From NCBI GenBank assembly GCA_050873845.1, contig JBNMGC010000003.1:607-64606 (forward strand): a DNA stretch of 64,000 nucleotides, read 5' to 3'. The position numbers and the translations under genes are program-made. Below the pieces are notes generated by a model. The model was not told the DNA's origin. It did not search any database and saw only the letters and a program-made list of their open reading frames with translations. The stretch's first letter is position 1, and the number at the start of each line of letters is the position of its first letter. This document shows positions 10,056 to 19,887 of this stretch, in pieces. The stretch comes from Alloprevotella sp. (GTDB taxonomy: Bacteria > Bacteroidota > Bacteroidia > Bacteroidales > Bacteroidaceae).

Positions 10056-11111
10056 ATGAAAAAACTCTTTACTCTTTTCTTCTCTTTGCTGCTCGCAGGC
10101 ATCTTTACTACTGCCTCGGCTCAGCAGAACATCTTTGTATGGAAGAATGGTGGCAACCTCTCCGTCATTTCTTCTGAGAATGTGGATAGCGTGTCGTTCT
10201 CTGTCGGTTCTTGGCTCTTCAAGATTACCACTTCTACGGCCGTTAGTGTCACTACCAATTCTTTTAAGGCCATGTCGAGTGTCTCGCTCAATGAGAACGT
10301 TAAGTCTCTCTCGGTCACTCCTGAGGTGGGTGTTTGTTACTCTGATGAGAATCAGCAGCCGACGTATGCTGATGGTACACAACGTCTGGGCGGAAGTATG
10401 ACTGATTATACTTTCACTATTGATTATTTGGTTTCAGGTACTACCTATTACTATCGTACGTATGTGAAGCTGCTTGGTGAGGTGTATTATGATCCGAACG
10501 TTTATTCCATCACAACGCTTGGATCAAAACCTCAGAACAAGGTTATCAATGGTCATAAATTCATCGATCTCGGTTTGCCCAGCGGTCTGCTTTGGGCAGA
10601 GACGAATGTAGGAGCATCCACTCCTTATGCCGATGGAGATTATTATGCATGGGGTGAGACTACGACTAAATCTTCCTATGATTGGAGCACATACAAGTGG
10701 GGTAGTAATCCTACCAAATACAATTCATCTGATGGCAAGACCACGCTCGAAGCCTCTGATGATGTAGCCACTGTGAAGTGGGGTAAGGAATGCCGTATGC
10801 CGTCACGTGCAGAATTCCAGGAACTTTATAATAATTGTGATTGGACTTGGAAATCTAGTTACAATGGTGCAAGTGGATATCTTGTAACAGGTCCTAATGG
10901 TCAAACTATTTTTCTCCCCGCTTCGGGCTACCGCAACTATGGAGCTCTCAACAATCATGGCTCGCGCGGCTACTACTGGTCGAGTTCGCTCAACACCAGC
11001 GTTGCCGGTTATGCCTACTACCTCTACTTCTACAGCGGCGGCATCAACCCGAGCTACGACGGCAGCAACCGTTACTATGGCCTCAGTGTTCGTCCCGTTG
11101 CAGAAAAATAG
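10056..11111 (+). CDS. Secreted protein with an Fn3-like domain and a C-terminal C-type-lectin-fold domain; probable DGR target
   Basis: Signal peptide; LVSGTTYYYRTYV; IDLGLPSGLLWAETNVGA, YYAWGET, IFLPASGYR, YYWSSSL and RYYGLSVRPV motifs. Confidence 0.85.
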   Translation: MKKLFTLFFSLLLAGIFTTASAQQNIFVWKNGGNLSVISSENVDSVSFSVGSWLFKITTSTAVSVTTNSFKAMSSVSLNENVKSLSVTPEVGVCYSDENQQPTYADGTQRLGGSMTDYTFTIDYLVSGTTYYYRTYVKLLGEVYYDPNVYSITTLGSKPQNKVINGHKFIDLGLPSGLLWAETNVGASTPYADGDYYAWGETTTKSSYDWSTYKWGSNPTKYNSSDGKTTLEASDDVATVKWGKECRMPSRAEFQELYNNCDWTWKSSYNGASGYLVTGPNGQTIFLPASGYRNYGALNNHGSRGYYWSSSLNTSVAGYAYYLYFYSGGINPSYDGSNRYYGLSVRPVAEK

Positions 11112-11129
11112 ACGTGCGACTGCACGTCT
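10914..11129 (+). other. Candidate DGR variable region with downstream hairpin
   Basis: Run of NNC/NNT codons around fixed anchors; 8-bp stem AGACGTGC-GACT-GCACGTCT at 11110-11129. Confidence 0.7.
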
Positions 11130-11211
11130 CTCACCCTTCTTATTTGTTGGGCGAATCCCCTTTCCCGCGAAGCAGGCGAAAAACAAGATTCTATTCCTCA
11201 AGCAGTGAGCT

Positions 11212-11369
11212 CATAGGCAGTGGGGGCGAAGCGTCTCGCTTCGGCGCGTTGGCGAGGGCTCGATGCCAGAGCCAATGCAAGAGATTCTCTGTACAGTCTC
11301 TTTTGCCATGCTCGGCGTCGAGCCTCGCGTGTCAAGCCGAAGCGGGACGCTTCGCCCCCATTGCCTATG
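11212..11369. repeat. REP doublet (B-type) between convergent genes
   Basis: CATAGGCAGTGGGGGCGAAGCGTCTCGCTTCGGC ... GCCGAAGCGGGACGCTTCGCCCCCATTGCCTATG. Confidence 0.9.
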
Positions 11370-11399
11370 GGGGCACCGCTTGAGGAGTGGGTGCGCCTA

Positions 11400-13313
11400 T
11401 TACCATCCGCCTGGACGTCCGCCACCGCCACCGCCGTGACCACCACCGCCACCGGGGCCGCCTCCGCTGCTTGAGCCAGATGAAGTGATGGTCTGTGAGA
11501 GCGTGAGCGATTGCAGCGTGGATCCTCCACTTATGGTGGCATCGGCCGAGTAGCCTTGCCAAGTGGTGCCGCTTGTGAGGGTGGCGCCTGTGGTCAGCGT
11601 ATATGCGCTGCCTACGCTCAGCTGGGGAGACGATACGAGAAGCGTGGCTTGGCTGTAAGAGCGGGGAATGAGAAATGACCATATGACGGTGCCCGAGGCA
11701 TCCTGCAGCGTGAGTTGCTGTCCCTGCGTGAACTGTTTTCCACCGAGGATGATGACGGGCTGCGTGGTGACTGACGATGTGGGAGTGGATGTGCCACCTC
11801 CGAGTCCGATGAGCGTGCCGCCTGTGATGGAGAAGGTGTTTTGATCGCAATCGAATCCTTCCTCGGGCTGATTCGTGCCAGAGGCTATGACGAGTCCTCC
11901 CGATATGTAGAGCGTGCCGTTGGAGTCGATGCCGTCGTTGTTGGAGGCATAGGCATAGATCTTGCCACCGCTGATGCTGATCTTCTTGGCTGCGTTCAGC
12001 GCGTCATCGTAAGTATTCACTACGAGTGTGCCGTCGGTGATGCAGAGTTCGCTTTTGCTTTCGATGCCCTCCGAGCCTTCTCCGCCCGAACATGTCACGT
12101 TCATTTCGCCTCCGTTGATTGTAAGCACGCCCTCGGCGCGTATGCCTTTGGCGGAAGACGTAAGACGATTGTAGGAGTACTGACGGCCAGTGGTGGTGAT
12201 GTTGAACGTGCCAGCGTTGATGGTCAAATCTCCCGTGCAGTTGATGCCCTTACCGCCAGCGCCCGATGCCTTTATCGTAAGGGTGCCACCATCGAATGTG
12301 GCTGCGGCTCCCACCTTGATGCCGCATGTGGCCGACACGTCGGCATCGGTCGAGCTGTAGAGGCCTCCGCCCGTGGTCGTGATGTCTATTGTGCCACCGC
12401 TCACCTTGAGCGAGTCTTCGCATTTGATGCCTTTGGCTGCATTGGCCGCACAGAGCAAGCTAACGCTGCCTCCGCTCATGAGAAATTGTCCATTTAGCTC
12501 GTCGGAGGTGTCGTCTGTGCGCGATACTTGTATGCCATCGTCGCCTGCCGAGAGTACGCTGAGCGTGCCGCCCTTGATGTTGACGTATTGGTTGACGTTC
12601 AGACCATCCTTAGCCGCTTTGACTATGGTGATGGTGCCCGCCGATTTCTTCAGTTCCAGATATTCTCCGCCCCAGAATCCATGCGCTGCATTGCCCGTGA
12701 TTTGGAGCGAGCCTCCTCCCTTCACCTCGGTGTGCCCCTTCACCATGAAGCAGCCCTTCTGCTGCCCCGCGGCGCCGTCGGCGAGCGAATTCGTCGTGCC
12801 GTCGGCAAGAAGGAGCGAGATGCGTTTCCCGCAGCGAATGTTCACGGCTGCGCTATCTTTGCACGTTAGGTTCAGCCCATTCAGCACGAGCGAAGCCTTC
12901 AGCTTTCCATCCATCCAGAAGGATCCATCTGTGGCCGCACCTTGTAGCGTATACGTCACTTCCGAGGGCAGTTCTGCATCTTGCACGATGCTCACGTGTG
13001 CCCCGTCGACGCTCACCATAAGCCAAGGAGCCACGTTGCTGGCCACCACCACGTGGGCTGCGCCTTCGGTATAGGTCACGCTGACCGTGTTGTCGGCCAC
13101 CTCGGTGCGATCCGTCGTGATGCTATCTACTTCTGAGAGCAGAAAAGTCTGGTTGCCGATGGTCAGCGAGGTGCCATCCGTCAGCGGCATCTCGCCCACT
13201 TCAGCTCGGAAGGCAGTGGTCAGCGCCCCCGAGTGCACCCTAAGCGTCTGTGCCGAGGCAGATGCTGAGAGGAGCAGGGCAAGAAAGGAAATTAGAGAAA
13301 TAATCTTGTTCAT
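11400..13313 (-). CDS. Cthe_2159 (DUF4353)-type beta-helix carbohydrate-binding protein with Gly-rich C-terminus
   Basis: Signal peptide MNKIISL...ASA; repeats DDGIQ, KGIK, EGIESK, DDALNA, NDGIDSNG, EEGFDCD; start moved to the ATG at 13313. Confidence 0.85.
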   Translation of the reverse strand: MNKIISLISFLALLLSASASAQTLRVHSGALTTAFRAEVGEMPLTDGTSLTIGNQTFLLSEVDSITTDRTEVADNTVSVTYTEGAAHVVVASNVAPWLMVSVDGAHVSIVQDAELPSEVTYTLQGAATDGSFWMDGKLKASLVLNGLNLTCKDSAAVNIRCGKRISLLLADGTTNSLADGAAGQQKGCFMVKGHTEVKGGGSLQITGNAAHGFWGGEYLELKKSAGTITIVKAAKDGLNVNQYVNIKGGTLSVLSAGDDGIQVSRTDDTSDELNGQFLMSGGSVSLLCAANAAKGIKCEDSLKVSGGTIDITTTGGGLYSSTDADVSATCGIKVGAAATFDGGTLTIKASGAGGKGINCTGDLTINAGTFNITTTGRQYSYNRLTSSAKGIRAEGVLTINGGEMNVTCSGGEGSEGIESKSELCITDGTLVVNTYDDALNAAKKISISGGKIYAYASNNDGIDSNGTLYISGGLVIASGTNQPEEGFDCDQNTFSITGGTLIGLGGGTSTPTSSVTTQPVIILGGKQFTQGQQLTLQDASGTVIWSFLIPRSYSQATLLVSSPQLSVGSAYTLTTGATLTSGTTWQGYSADATISGGSTLQSLTLSQTITSSGSSSGGGPGGGGGHGGGGGGRPGGW

Positions 13314-13605
13314 AGTAATACGTGAAAGCACTCTGAGTAGAGCTAGTTGAAGCTTTTGTTAGAAAAGAAAGCCTATAGCGGAGGAGAAAGGTTCTGTCGT
13401 TATGAGGCTTCATAGTTATTTGCAAAAATAGAGGCTTTGCCCGTAATATCCAAAAACATTCAATAAACCGGCAACTTTTCTCAGCGTATGACGCTTCGCT
13501 GTGGGTAGAACAGTCTCAGAGGTATCCCTTTGCTCGGTTATGACATTTTGCTGAATGAAAAGAAATTCTTAATTTTAGGGCGCGAAACGTAACATCTCTC
13601 TCATC

Positions 13606-14775
13606 GTGAAAGGACAGAAGAAAGCCGAGAATCTGCTTTATGCTGCGCTTTGGCTCATACTCTACATAGCCCCCGTGTTTACGGAGTTTGTCAATGAGGC
13701 CGTGACCCACCGCACGTTCAATTGGTTTATGGTCACGGGCGAGTGGATGACGCTCAGCGTGCTGTTCCTGGTGTTTTGCTTGCACAATTATCTGCTTGCG
13801 CCATTGCTGGTCTATCGTAAGCGAGTGTGGACTTACGTGCCTTTGCTCGTGTTGCTCTTTGTGAGTCTCGGCGTGTTTCAGCGCTACTTCTCGCCCCATC
13901 GCCGATGGCATGGACCACGTCGGGAACGCGTGGAGATGTTGCGGCGCAAAGCACCCGATGAACTTCCGCCCCGCCCCTTGCCCTTCGATGGCCGTTCGCC
14001 CGATGGGCATCGCCCCATGCGCAGCCGTAGGGGGCACACAAGACGTGACATGTTCATGTTTGATTTAGGCTCACGCGAGACGATCATGTTTACTTTCGTA
14101 TTCCTCATCGTGCTGGCCAACGTGGGGGTGAAGTACTATTTCAAGTCGGCCGACGACCGCAAACGCATGCAGCGTCTCGAGCGGGAGAATCTGCAGCAGC
14201 AGTTGGCCTATCTGAAGTATCAGATCAATCCCCACTTCTTCATGAATACGCTCAATAATATTCATGCCCTCGTCAGCATCAATCCCGCCCAAGCCGAGCA
14301 GATGATAGAAGTGCTCTCGCGCCTTATGCGCTATGTGCTCTACGACGGCAATAAGACTCTCTCGCCTTTGCAGCGCGAACTTGACTTCTTGCGCGACTAT
14401 ATTGACCTCATGCGCATACGCTATGCCAGCCGAGTGCGCATCGCGCTTTCGCTTCCATCCTCAGCCGACACGGCTGCCGTGGTGCCTCCGCTGCTCTATG
14501 TCACCTTCGTGGAGAATGCCTTCAAGCATGGCATCAGCTATGAGCAAGATTCCTATATCGAAGCCAGTCTCACGCTGTCGGGTGGGCGAGTGGAGTTCTG
14601 CTGCCGCAACAGCCGTCCGCGCCGGGATGAGTCGAAGCCTGGCGGCGTAGGTATTGCCAATGTGAAGCAGCGCCTCCGATTGATCTATCACAACGATTTC
14701 CAACTTCAGATTCTTCCCACCTCCACCGACTATAGCGTGCGCCTGTCGGTGCCCCTTACTCCCCAAAGCGTATGA
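13606..14775 (+). CDS. LytS/YehU-type sensor histidine kinase
   Basis: N-terminal transmembrane helices; LKYQINPHFFMNTLNNI, FVENAFKHG and GGVGIANVKQRL motifs. Confidence 0.92.
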   Translation: MKGQKKAENLLYAALWLILYIAPVFTEFVNEAVTHRTFNWFMVTGEWMTLSVLFLVFCLHNYLLAPLLVYRKRVWTYVPLLVLLFVSLGVFQRYFSPHRRWHGPRRERVEMLRRKAPDELPPRPLPFDGRSPDGHRPMRSRRGHTRRDMFMFDLGSRETIMFTFVFLIVLANVGVKYYFKSADDRKRMQRLERENLQQQLAYLKYQINPHFFMNTLNNIHALVSINPAQAEQMIEVLSRLMRYVLYDGNKTLSPLQRELDFLRDYIDLMRIRYASRVRIALSLPSSADTAAVVPPLLYVTFVENAFKHGISYEQDSYIEASLTLSGGRVEFCCRNSRPRRDESKPGGVGIANVKQRLRLIYHNDFQLQILPTSTDYSVRLSVPLTPQSV

Positions 14776-15521
14776 TCAGATGTTTAGCCCTCGACGATGA
14801 GCCTTTGGCTTTGCAGCAGCTCACGTCTTATCTTGAAAAAGTACCCTTCTTTGAAGTAGTGGGTAGTTGCCTCACGGTGTCGGAAGCCATGCGGCTGCTC
14901 CACTCGGAGCAAGTCGACGCCTTGTTTCTCGACATCAATATGCCCGACCTCAATGGATTGGAACTTGTGCGAAGCCTCGCCCGTCCTCCCTTGGTGGTAT
15001 TTACCACGGCCTATTCGGAATATGCCATCGAGGGCTACAAGGCAGACGCAGTGGACTATCTGCTTAAACCCTATGGACTGGCCGACCTGCTGCGAGCTGC
15101 CAACCATGTGCGTGAGCGTTGGAAACAACTTCATGCTTTGCCCGCAGAACCTGCCTCGGACGCTGTTCAGAGTACTTCTTCAGCCGACGACTTTATCTTT
15201 CTGAAGAGCGACTATAAGGTGGTGAGAGTGTGCATCAGCGAGATTGTCTACGTGAAGGGAATGAGCGAATACCTGCGCATCTATACCACCTCTCAGCCTA
15301 AGCCCATCATCGTGCTTCTTAGCATGAAGCGCATCGAGGATAGACTTGCGCCGCCGTTGCCCTTCATGCGCGTGCATCGCTCTTATCTGATAAATCTCAA
15401 CCACATCCGTGAACTCAATCGCAGCGCAATCGTTCTCGATACGGGCGATGAGATTCCCGTGGGCGATACTTATCGCGCGGCGGTGAATGAGTTCGTGTCG
15501 CGGCTGTCGGTGGGGAAGTAG
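14772..15521 (+). CDS. LytTR-family response regulator
   Basis: LDDEPLA, FLDINMPDLNG, DYLLKP and FMRVHRSYLIN motifs; 4-bp overlap with the kinase. Confidence 0.93.
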   Translation: MIRCLALDDEPLALQQLTSYLEKVPFFEVVGSCLTVSEAMRLLHSEQVDALFLDINMPDLNGLELVRSLARPPLVVFTTAYSEYAIEGYKADAVDYLLKPYGLADLLRAANHVRERWKQLHALPAEPASDAVQSTSSADDFIFLKSDYKVVRVCISEIVYVKGMSEYLRIYTTSQPKPIIVLLSMKRIEDRLAPPLPFMRVHRSYLINLNHIRELNRSAIVLDTGDEIPVGDTYRAAVNEFVSRLSVGK

Positions 15522-15558
15522 GCATGGACCTTTCATAAGATAAATACGGAATAGCAGA

Positions 15559-15632
15559 AAAGCCGACGCGGGACGCATCGCTCACGAAGCCAATTATATA
15601 GCTCCGTGGGCGACGCGTCCCGCGTCGGCTTT
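15559..15632. repeat. A-type REP pair in reversed arrangement forming a hairpin; possible bidirectional terminator
   Basis: AAAGCCGACGCGGGACGCATCGCTCACG ... CGTGGGCGACGCGTCCCGCGTCGGCTTT. Confidence 0.8.
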
Positions 15633-15654
15633 GATAGGCTTTTGCCTAAATATA

Positions 15655-15822
15655 ACCCGTTGGCGGAATTTCTGGTTAACGGGTTAACAAGTTGACAGGT
15701 TAACAAGTAAGTATGCTATTTATTATGTTAAAGTCAGAATGACAGAAAGCTTAAAAAAACTTTACAAACTTACCTGTTAACCCGTTAACTTGTAAACTTG
15801 TTTACTAATTCCGCCAACGCGT
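15655..15822 (+). mobile_element. MITE copy 1 (IS982-like ends)
   Basis: Terminal inverted repeats ACCCGTTGGCGGAATT / AATTCCGCCAACGCGT; flanks AATATA and TATATA; near-identical copies at 24862 and 39880. Confidence 0.8.
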
Positions 15823-15835
15823 TATATATAGCGCT

Positions 15836-17470
15836 TTACTTCCGCTCCAATTCGCTCAGCTCCTCCATCTTCTTCTTTTCCAAGAATTCATAGATGCCGC
15901 AGAGGTGTTCCTTCACCTTTCCGCCTCCGAATTCGTAGACGCGGCTCACGAGACCATCGAGGAAGTCGCGGTCGTGGCTCACGCAGATGAGCGTACCGTC
16001 GAAGTCCTGCAGAGCCTGCTTCAGCACGTCCTTGGTGCGCAGGTCGAGGTGGTTGGTGGGCTCATCGAGAATGAGCAGATTTACCGGTTCGAGCAGGAGC
16101 TTGAGTAGTGCCAGGCGTGTGCGTTCACCGCCCGAGAGCACCTTGACCTTCTTCGTGCTTGCTTCGCCGCCAAACATGAATGCGCCCAGGAGGTCGCGTA
16201 TCTTGTTGCGTATCTCGCCCTTTGCCACGTCGTCGATGGTCTGGAATACCGTCAGCTCCCCGTCGAGCAGCGAAGCCTGGTTCTGCGCGAAGTAGCCTAT
16301 CTGCACGTTGTGCCCCAGCGTGAGCGTGCCCTCATGCTCAAGTTCGCCCATGATACACTTTACCATCGTCGACTTACCCTCGCCATTACGGCCGACGAAG
16401 GCCACCTTGTCGCCACGCTCTATGGTGAACGTAGCGTTCTGGAAGATGCGTTTGCCGTCGAAAGCCTTGCCCACGCTGTCGGCTATCACGGGGTATTGAC
16501 CGCTGCGAGGTGAGGGCGGAAACTTGAGATGCAGGGCAGAGGTGTCCATCTCGTCCACCTCGATAAGTTCCAACTTCTCGAGCATCTTCACGCGGCTTTG
16601 CACTTGGAACGTCTTAGAGTAAGTGCCCTTGAATCGCTCGATGAAGTCCTTCGTCTCCTGTATCATCTTCTGCTGCTCTTCGTACTGCTTCTGCTGCTGT
16701 TCACGGCGCTCGGCACGGAGCTGCAGGTAGTGCGAATAGTTCACCTTGTAGTCGTAGATGCGACCCATCGTCACCTCGATGGTACGCGTCGTGATGTTGT
16801 CTACAAACTTACGGTCGTGGCTGATTACTACCACCGCCTTGCCGCTATTGATGAGAAACTCCTCGAGCCACCCGATCGATTCGATGTCGAGGTGGTTGGT
16901 AGGCTCGTCGAGCAAGAGCAGGTCGGGCTTTTGCAGCAACATCTTCGCCAGCTCGATACGCATGCGCCATCCGCCCGAGAATTCACTCGTCTGTCGGTCG
17001 AAGTCCGTGCGCTCAAATCCCAGTCCGAGGAGCGTCTTCTCTACATCCTCCTCGAAGTGGGTCATGTCTATGGCATAGAACTTCTCGCTCAGTGTCGCCA
17101 CCTCTTCGATCAGAGCCATGTACTCATCGCTCTCGTAGTCAGTACGCTCGCTGAGTTGGCGGTTGAGGTCGTCGAGATGAGCCTGCATCTCATGTAGGTG
17201 GGCAAAGGCCTGGCTCGCTTCTTCGAATACGGTGCGGCCGTCTTCGGTCATGAGGTGCTGAGGCAGATAGGCTATGACCGTGTCTTTTGGCGCAGAGACC
17301 GAGCCACGCGTAGGCTTTCTCACTCCTGCCAAGATCTTAAGCAGGGTGCTCTTGCCCGCACCATTCTTGCCCATCAGAGCAATGCGGTCGGAGTCGTTGA
17401 TCACAAAAGAAATGTCGCTAAATAGGGTAGTGCCGCCAAATTCTACGGCGAGTCCGTCTACTGATACCAT
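15836..17470 (-). CDS. ABC-F family ATPase
   Basis: Two ATPase domains (GKNGAGKST, FSGGWRMR, LLDEPTNHLD; GRNGEGKST, LSGGERTR) and no transmembrane segments. Confidence 0.93.
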   Translation of the reverse strand: MVSVDGLAVEFGGTTLFSDISFVINDSDRIALMGKNGAGKSTLLKILAGVRKPTRGSVSAPKDTVIAYLPQHLMTEDGRTVFEEASQAFAHLHEMQAHLDDLNRQLSERTDYESDEYMALIEEVATLSEKFYAIDMTHFEEDVEKTLLGLGFERTDFDRQTSEFSGGWRMRIELAKMLLQKPDLLLLDEPTNHLDIESIGWLEEFLINSGKAVVVISHDRKFVDNITTRTIEVTMGRIYDYKVNYSHYLQLRAERREQQQKQYEEQQKMIQETKDFIERFKGTYSKTFQVQSRVKMLEKLELIEVDEMDTSALHLKFPPSPRSGQYPVIADSVGKAFDGKRIFQNATFTIERGDKVAFVGRNGEGKSTMVKCIMGELEHEGTLTLGHNVQIGYFAQNQASLLDGELTVFQTIDDVAKGEIRNKIRDLLGAFMFGGEASTKKVKVLSGGERTRLALLKLLLEPVNLLILDEPTNHLDLRTKDVLKQALQDFDGTLICVSHDRDFLDGLVSRVYEFGGGKVKEHLCGIYEFLEKKKMEELSELERK

Positions 17471-17659
17471 GTATGAGAGTTTGTATGTGCTTGATTTTTA
17501 GGGTGCAAAAGTACGAAATACGTCCCACGTGGACAAGGTCGGGGAGAAGAAAGGCATTACTTCTTACAGTCTCTCCCCGCTATGGGAAAGGGAAGCATAA
17601 TATCTTAGACTTGGGAAAGCCGAGGGGGATGTGTTATGTTGTGCATGCTCTTTTCGTTT

Positions 17660-17838
17660 GTAGATGAGCATATAACCGTCTGTAGATGGGCATATAACCG
17701 TCTGAAGATGAGCATTTAGCCGTTTGCAGATGGGCATTTAGCCATCGTTCACCGCTCAATGAACGCTCAGTCACCGGGCGGTGAACGCTCAGTCACTGGG
17801 CGGTGAACGCTCGTTCACCGGGCGGTGAACGATGGCTA
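17660..17838. repeat. 22-bp-period tandem array element (family F, copy 1)
   Basis: AGATG at 17662, 17684, 17706, 17728; TGAACG at 17760, 17782, 17804, 17826; inverted repeat TTAGCCATCGTTCACCGC / GCGGTGAACGATGGCTAA. Confidence 0.85.
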
Positions 17839-18153
17839 AACTCTCATATTGAAACGGAAAGGTCCTCATGAAGAGACGTTATGGTAGTAGCCATTTTTCT
17901 CCTGTATGCTTCTATTCAATCTATCCAATTAACGGGAGAAGTGAAAATAGAAGCCATTTCTTACCGCTTATGTCACGTTTTCTTCATAACTTAGCGTGCT
18001 AAATTGGGGACGAACGTGACTTGTAGAAGTTGCGGAGCGTTTTCCCCCACAAGAACATCTACCTATATAGCATGGCACAGCGCGGCATCACAGCCTATGC
18101 GCGTGCCCTGCATTTCCCCTTACTCAGAAGAAAATAAAAAATGATATATCAGC

Positions 18154-19872
18154 ATGATTTACAAATGGAACTACGAGGCGCCCACCCCCGACGAGGCTGC
18201 CGCGCAAGCAGAGTTGGCCCGGGAGGTGGGCATCCATCCCGCCCTCGGCAAGCTGCTCTTCGAGCGAGGCATCCACACGCCGCAGGAAGCTCGCCACTTC
18301 TTCCGTCCGCAACTGACGGAACTGCATGATCCTTTCCTGATGGACGACATGCAGCAGGCTGTGGATCGTCTCAACCTGGCCATGGGACGCAAAGAGCGCA
18401 TCCTCGTATATGGCGACTACGATGTAGATGGCTGTACAGCCGTCGCCTTGGTCTACAAGTTTTTGCTGCAATACTACTCCAATATCGACTTCTACATCCC
18501 CGATCGCTACGAAGAGGGCTATGGTATCTCCAAAAAAGGCGTCGATTTCGCTGCACAGACAGGTGTTGGACTCATCATCGTGCTCGACTGTGGCATCAAG
18601 GCCGTAGAGGAGATAGCTTACGCTAAGAGCCTTGGCATTGACTTCATTATCTGCGACCATCATGTGCCCGACGATGAGTTGCCTTGCGCCGTAGCCATTC
18701 TCAATCCAAAGCGACGCGACAATCATTATCCTTACACCCATCTTTCGGGTTGTGGCGTGGGTTTCAAGTTTATGCAAGCCTTTGCTGTGAGCAACGGCAT
18801 AGAGTTCAACAAACTCACCTCCTTGCTCGATCTCTGCGCCGTGAGCATTGCCTCCGATATCGTGCCCGTGATGGGAGAGAACCGCGTATTGGCTTATCAT
18901 GGACTACGCTGCCTTAACTCCAATCCGAGTATCGGCCTGCAGGCCATTATCGAGGTGTGCGGACTTGCCGATCGGGAACTGACGATGAACGATATCATCT
19001 TCAAAATCGGCCCGCGCATCAATGCCTCGGGACGTATGCAGAATGGCAAGGAAGCCGTAGAACTGCTTGTCGATCGCGACTATCAGTCGGCGCTCGAGAA
19101 GGCAGGCCGCATCAATCTCTACAATGAAGCGCGCAAGGATCTCGACAAGCAGATGACCGAGGAAGCCGTAGAACAGGTAAAAGAACTTCCCGAACTCGAC
19201 TCGCGTCGCAGCATCGTGATCTACAACGAAGCATGGCACAAAGGCGTGATAGGCATTGTTGCTTCTCGATTGACGGAACTCTATTATCGTCCAGCCGTGG
19301 TGCTGACACGTTCCGAGGGTATGGCTACGGGGTCGGCACGATCGGTGTCGGGCTTCGATGTCTACAAGGCAGTGCAGAGTTGTCAGGATTTGCTCGAAAA
19401 CTTTGGTGGACACACTTATGCAGCGGGACTTACGCTCCCCGTAGAACACGTTGAGGAGTTTAGCCGACGCTTTGAGCAATACGTTTCGGAACACATCCTC
19501 GACGAGCAGACCGAGGCAAGCCTTAACATCGATGCCGAACTCGACTTTAAGGACGTGACCTTCCGCTTCTATCAGCAGTTGCGCCGCTTCGCTCCTTTCG
19601 GACCAGGCAATCTGAAGCCCATCTTCTGTACGCGTCGCGTCTACGACTATGGTACAAGCAAGGTAGTGGGGCGCGGACAGGAGCACATTAAGCTCGAACT
19701 TGTGGACAATAAGAGCAACAACGTGATGAATGGCATCGCCTTCGGACAAAGCTCGCAAGCTCGTTATATCAAGACGAAGCGTGCCTTCGACATCTGTTAT
19801 ACCATAGAGGAAAACACGCATAAGCGTGGTGAAGTGCAGCTCCAGATAGACGACATTCGTCCGTGCAACTAA
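18154..19872 (+). CDS. recJ: Single-stranded DNA exonuclease RecJ
   Basis: YGDYDVDG, DCGI, CDHH, GPRINASGR, GSARS and FGGHTYAAG motifs. Confidence 0.96.
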   Translation: MIYKWNYEAPTPDEAAAQAELAREVGIHPALGKLLFERGIHTPQEARHFFRPQLTELHDPFLMDDMQQAVDRLNLAMGRKERILVYGDYDVDGCTAVALVYKFLLQYYSNIDFYIPDRYEEGYGISKKGVDFAAQTGVGLIIVLDCGIKAVEEIAYAKSLGIDFIICDHHVPDDELPCAVAILNPKRRDNHYPYTHLSGCGVGFKFMQAFAVSNGIEFNKLTSLLDLCAVSIASDIVPVMGENRVLAYHGLRCLNSNPSIGLQAIIEVCGLADRELTMNDIIFKIGPRINASGRMQNGKEAVELLVDRDYQSALEKAGRINLYNEARKDLDKQMTEEAVEQVKELPELDSRRSIVIYNEAWHKGVIGIVASRLTELYYRPAVVLTRSEGMATGSARSVSGFDVYKAVQSCQDLLENFGGHTYAAGLTLPVEHVEEFSRRFEQYVSEHILDEQTEASLNIDAELDFKDVTFRFYQQLRRFAPFGPGNLKPIFCTRRVYDYGTSKVVGRGQEHIKLELVDNKSNNVMNGIAFGQSSQARYIKTKRAFDICYTIEENTHKRGEVQLQIDDIRPCN

Positions 19873-19887
19873 TCTGTATTCTCTCTT

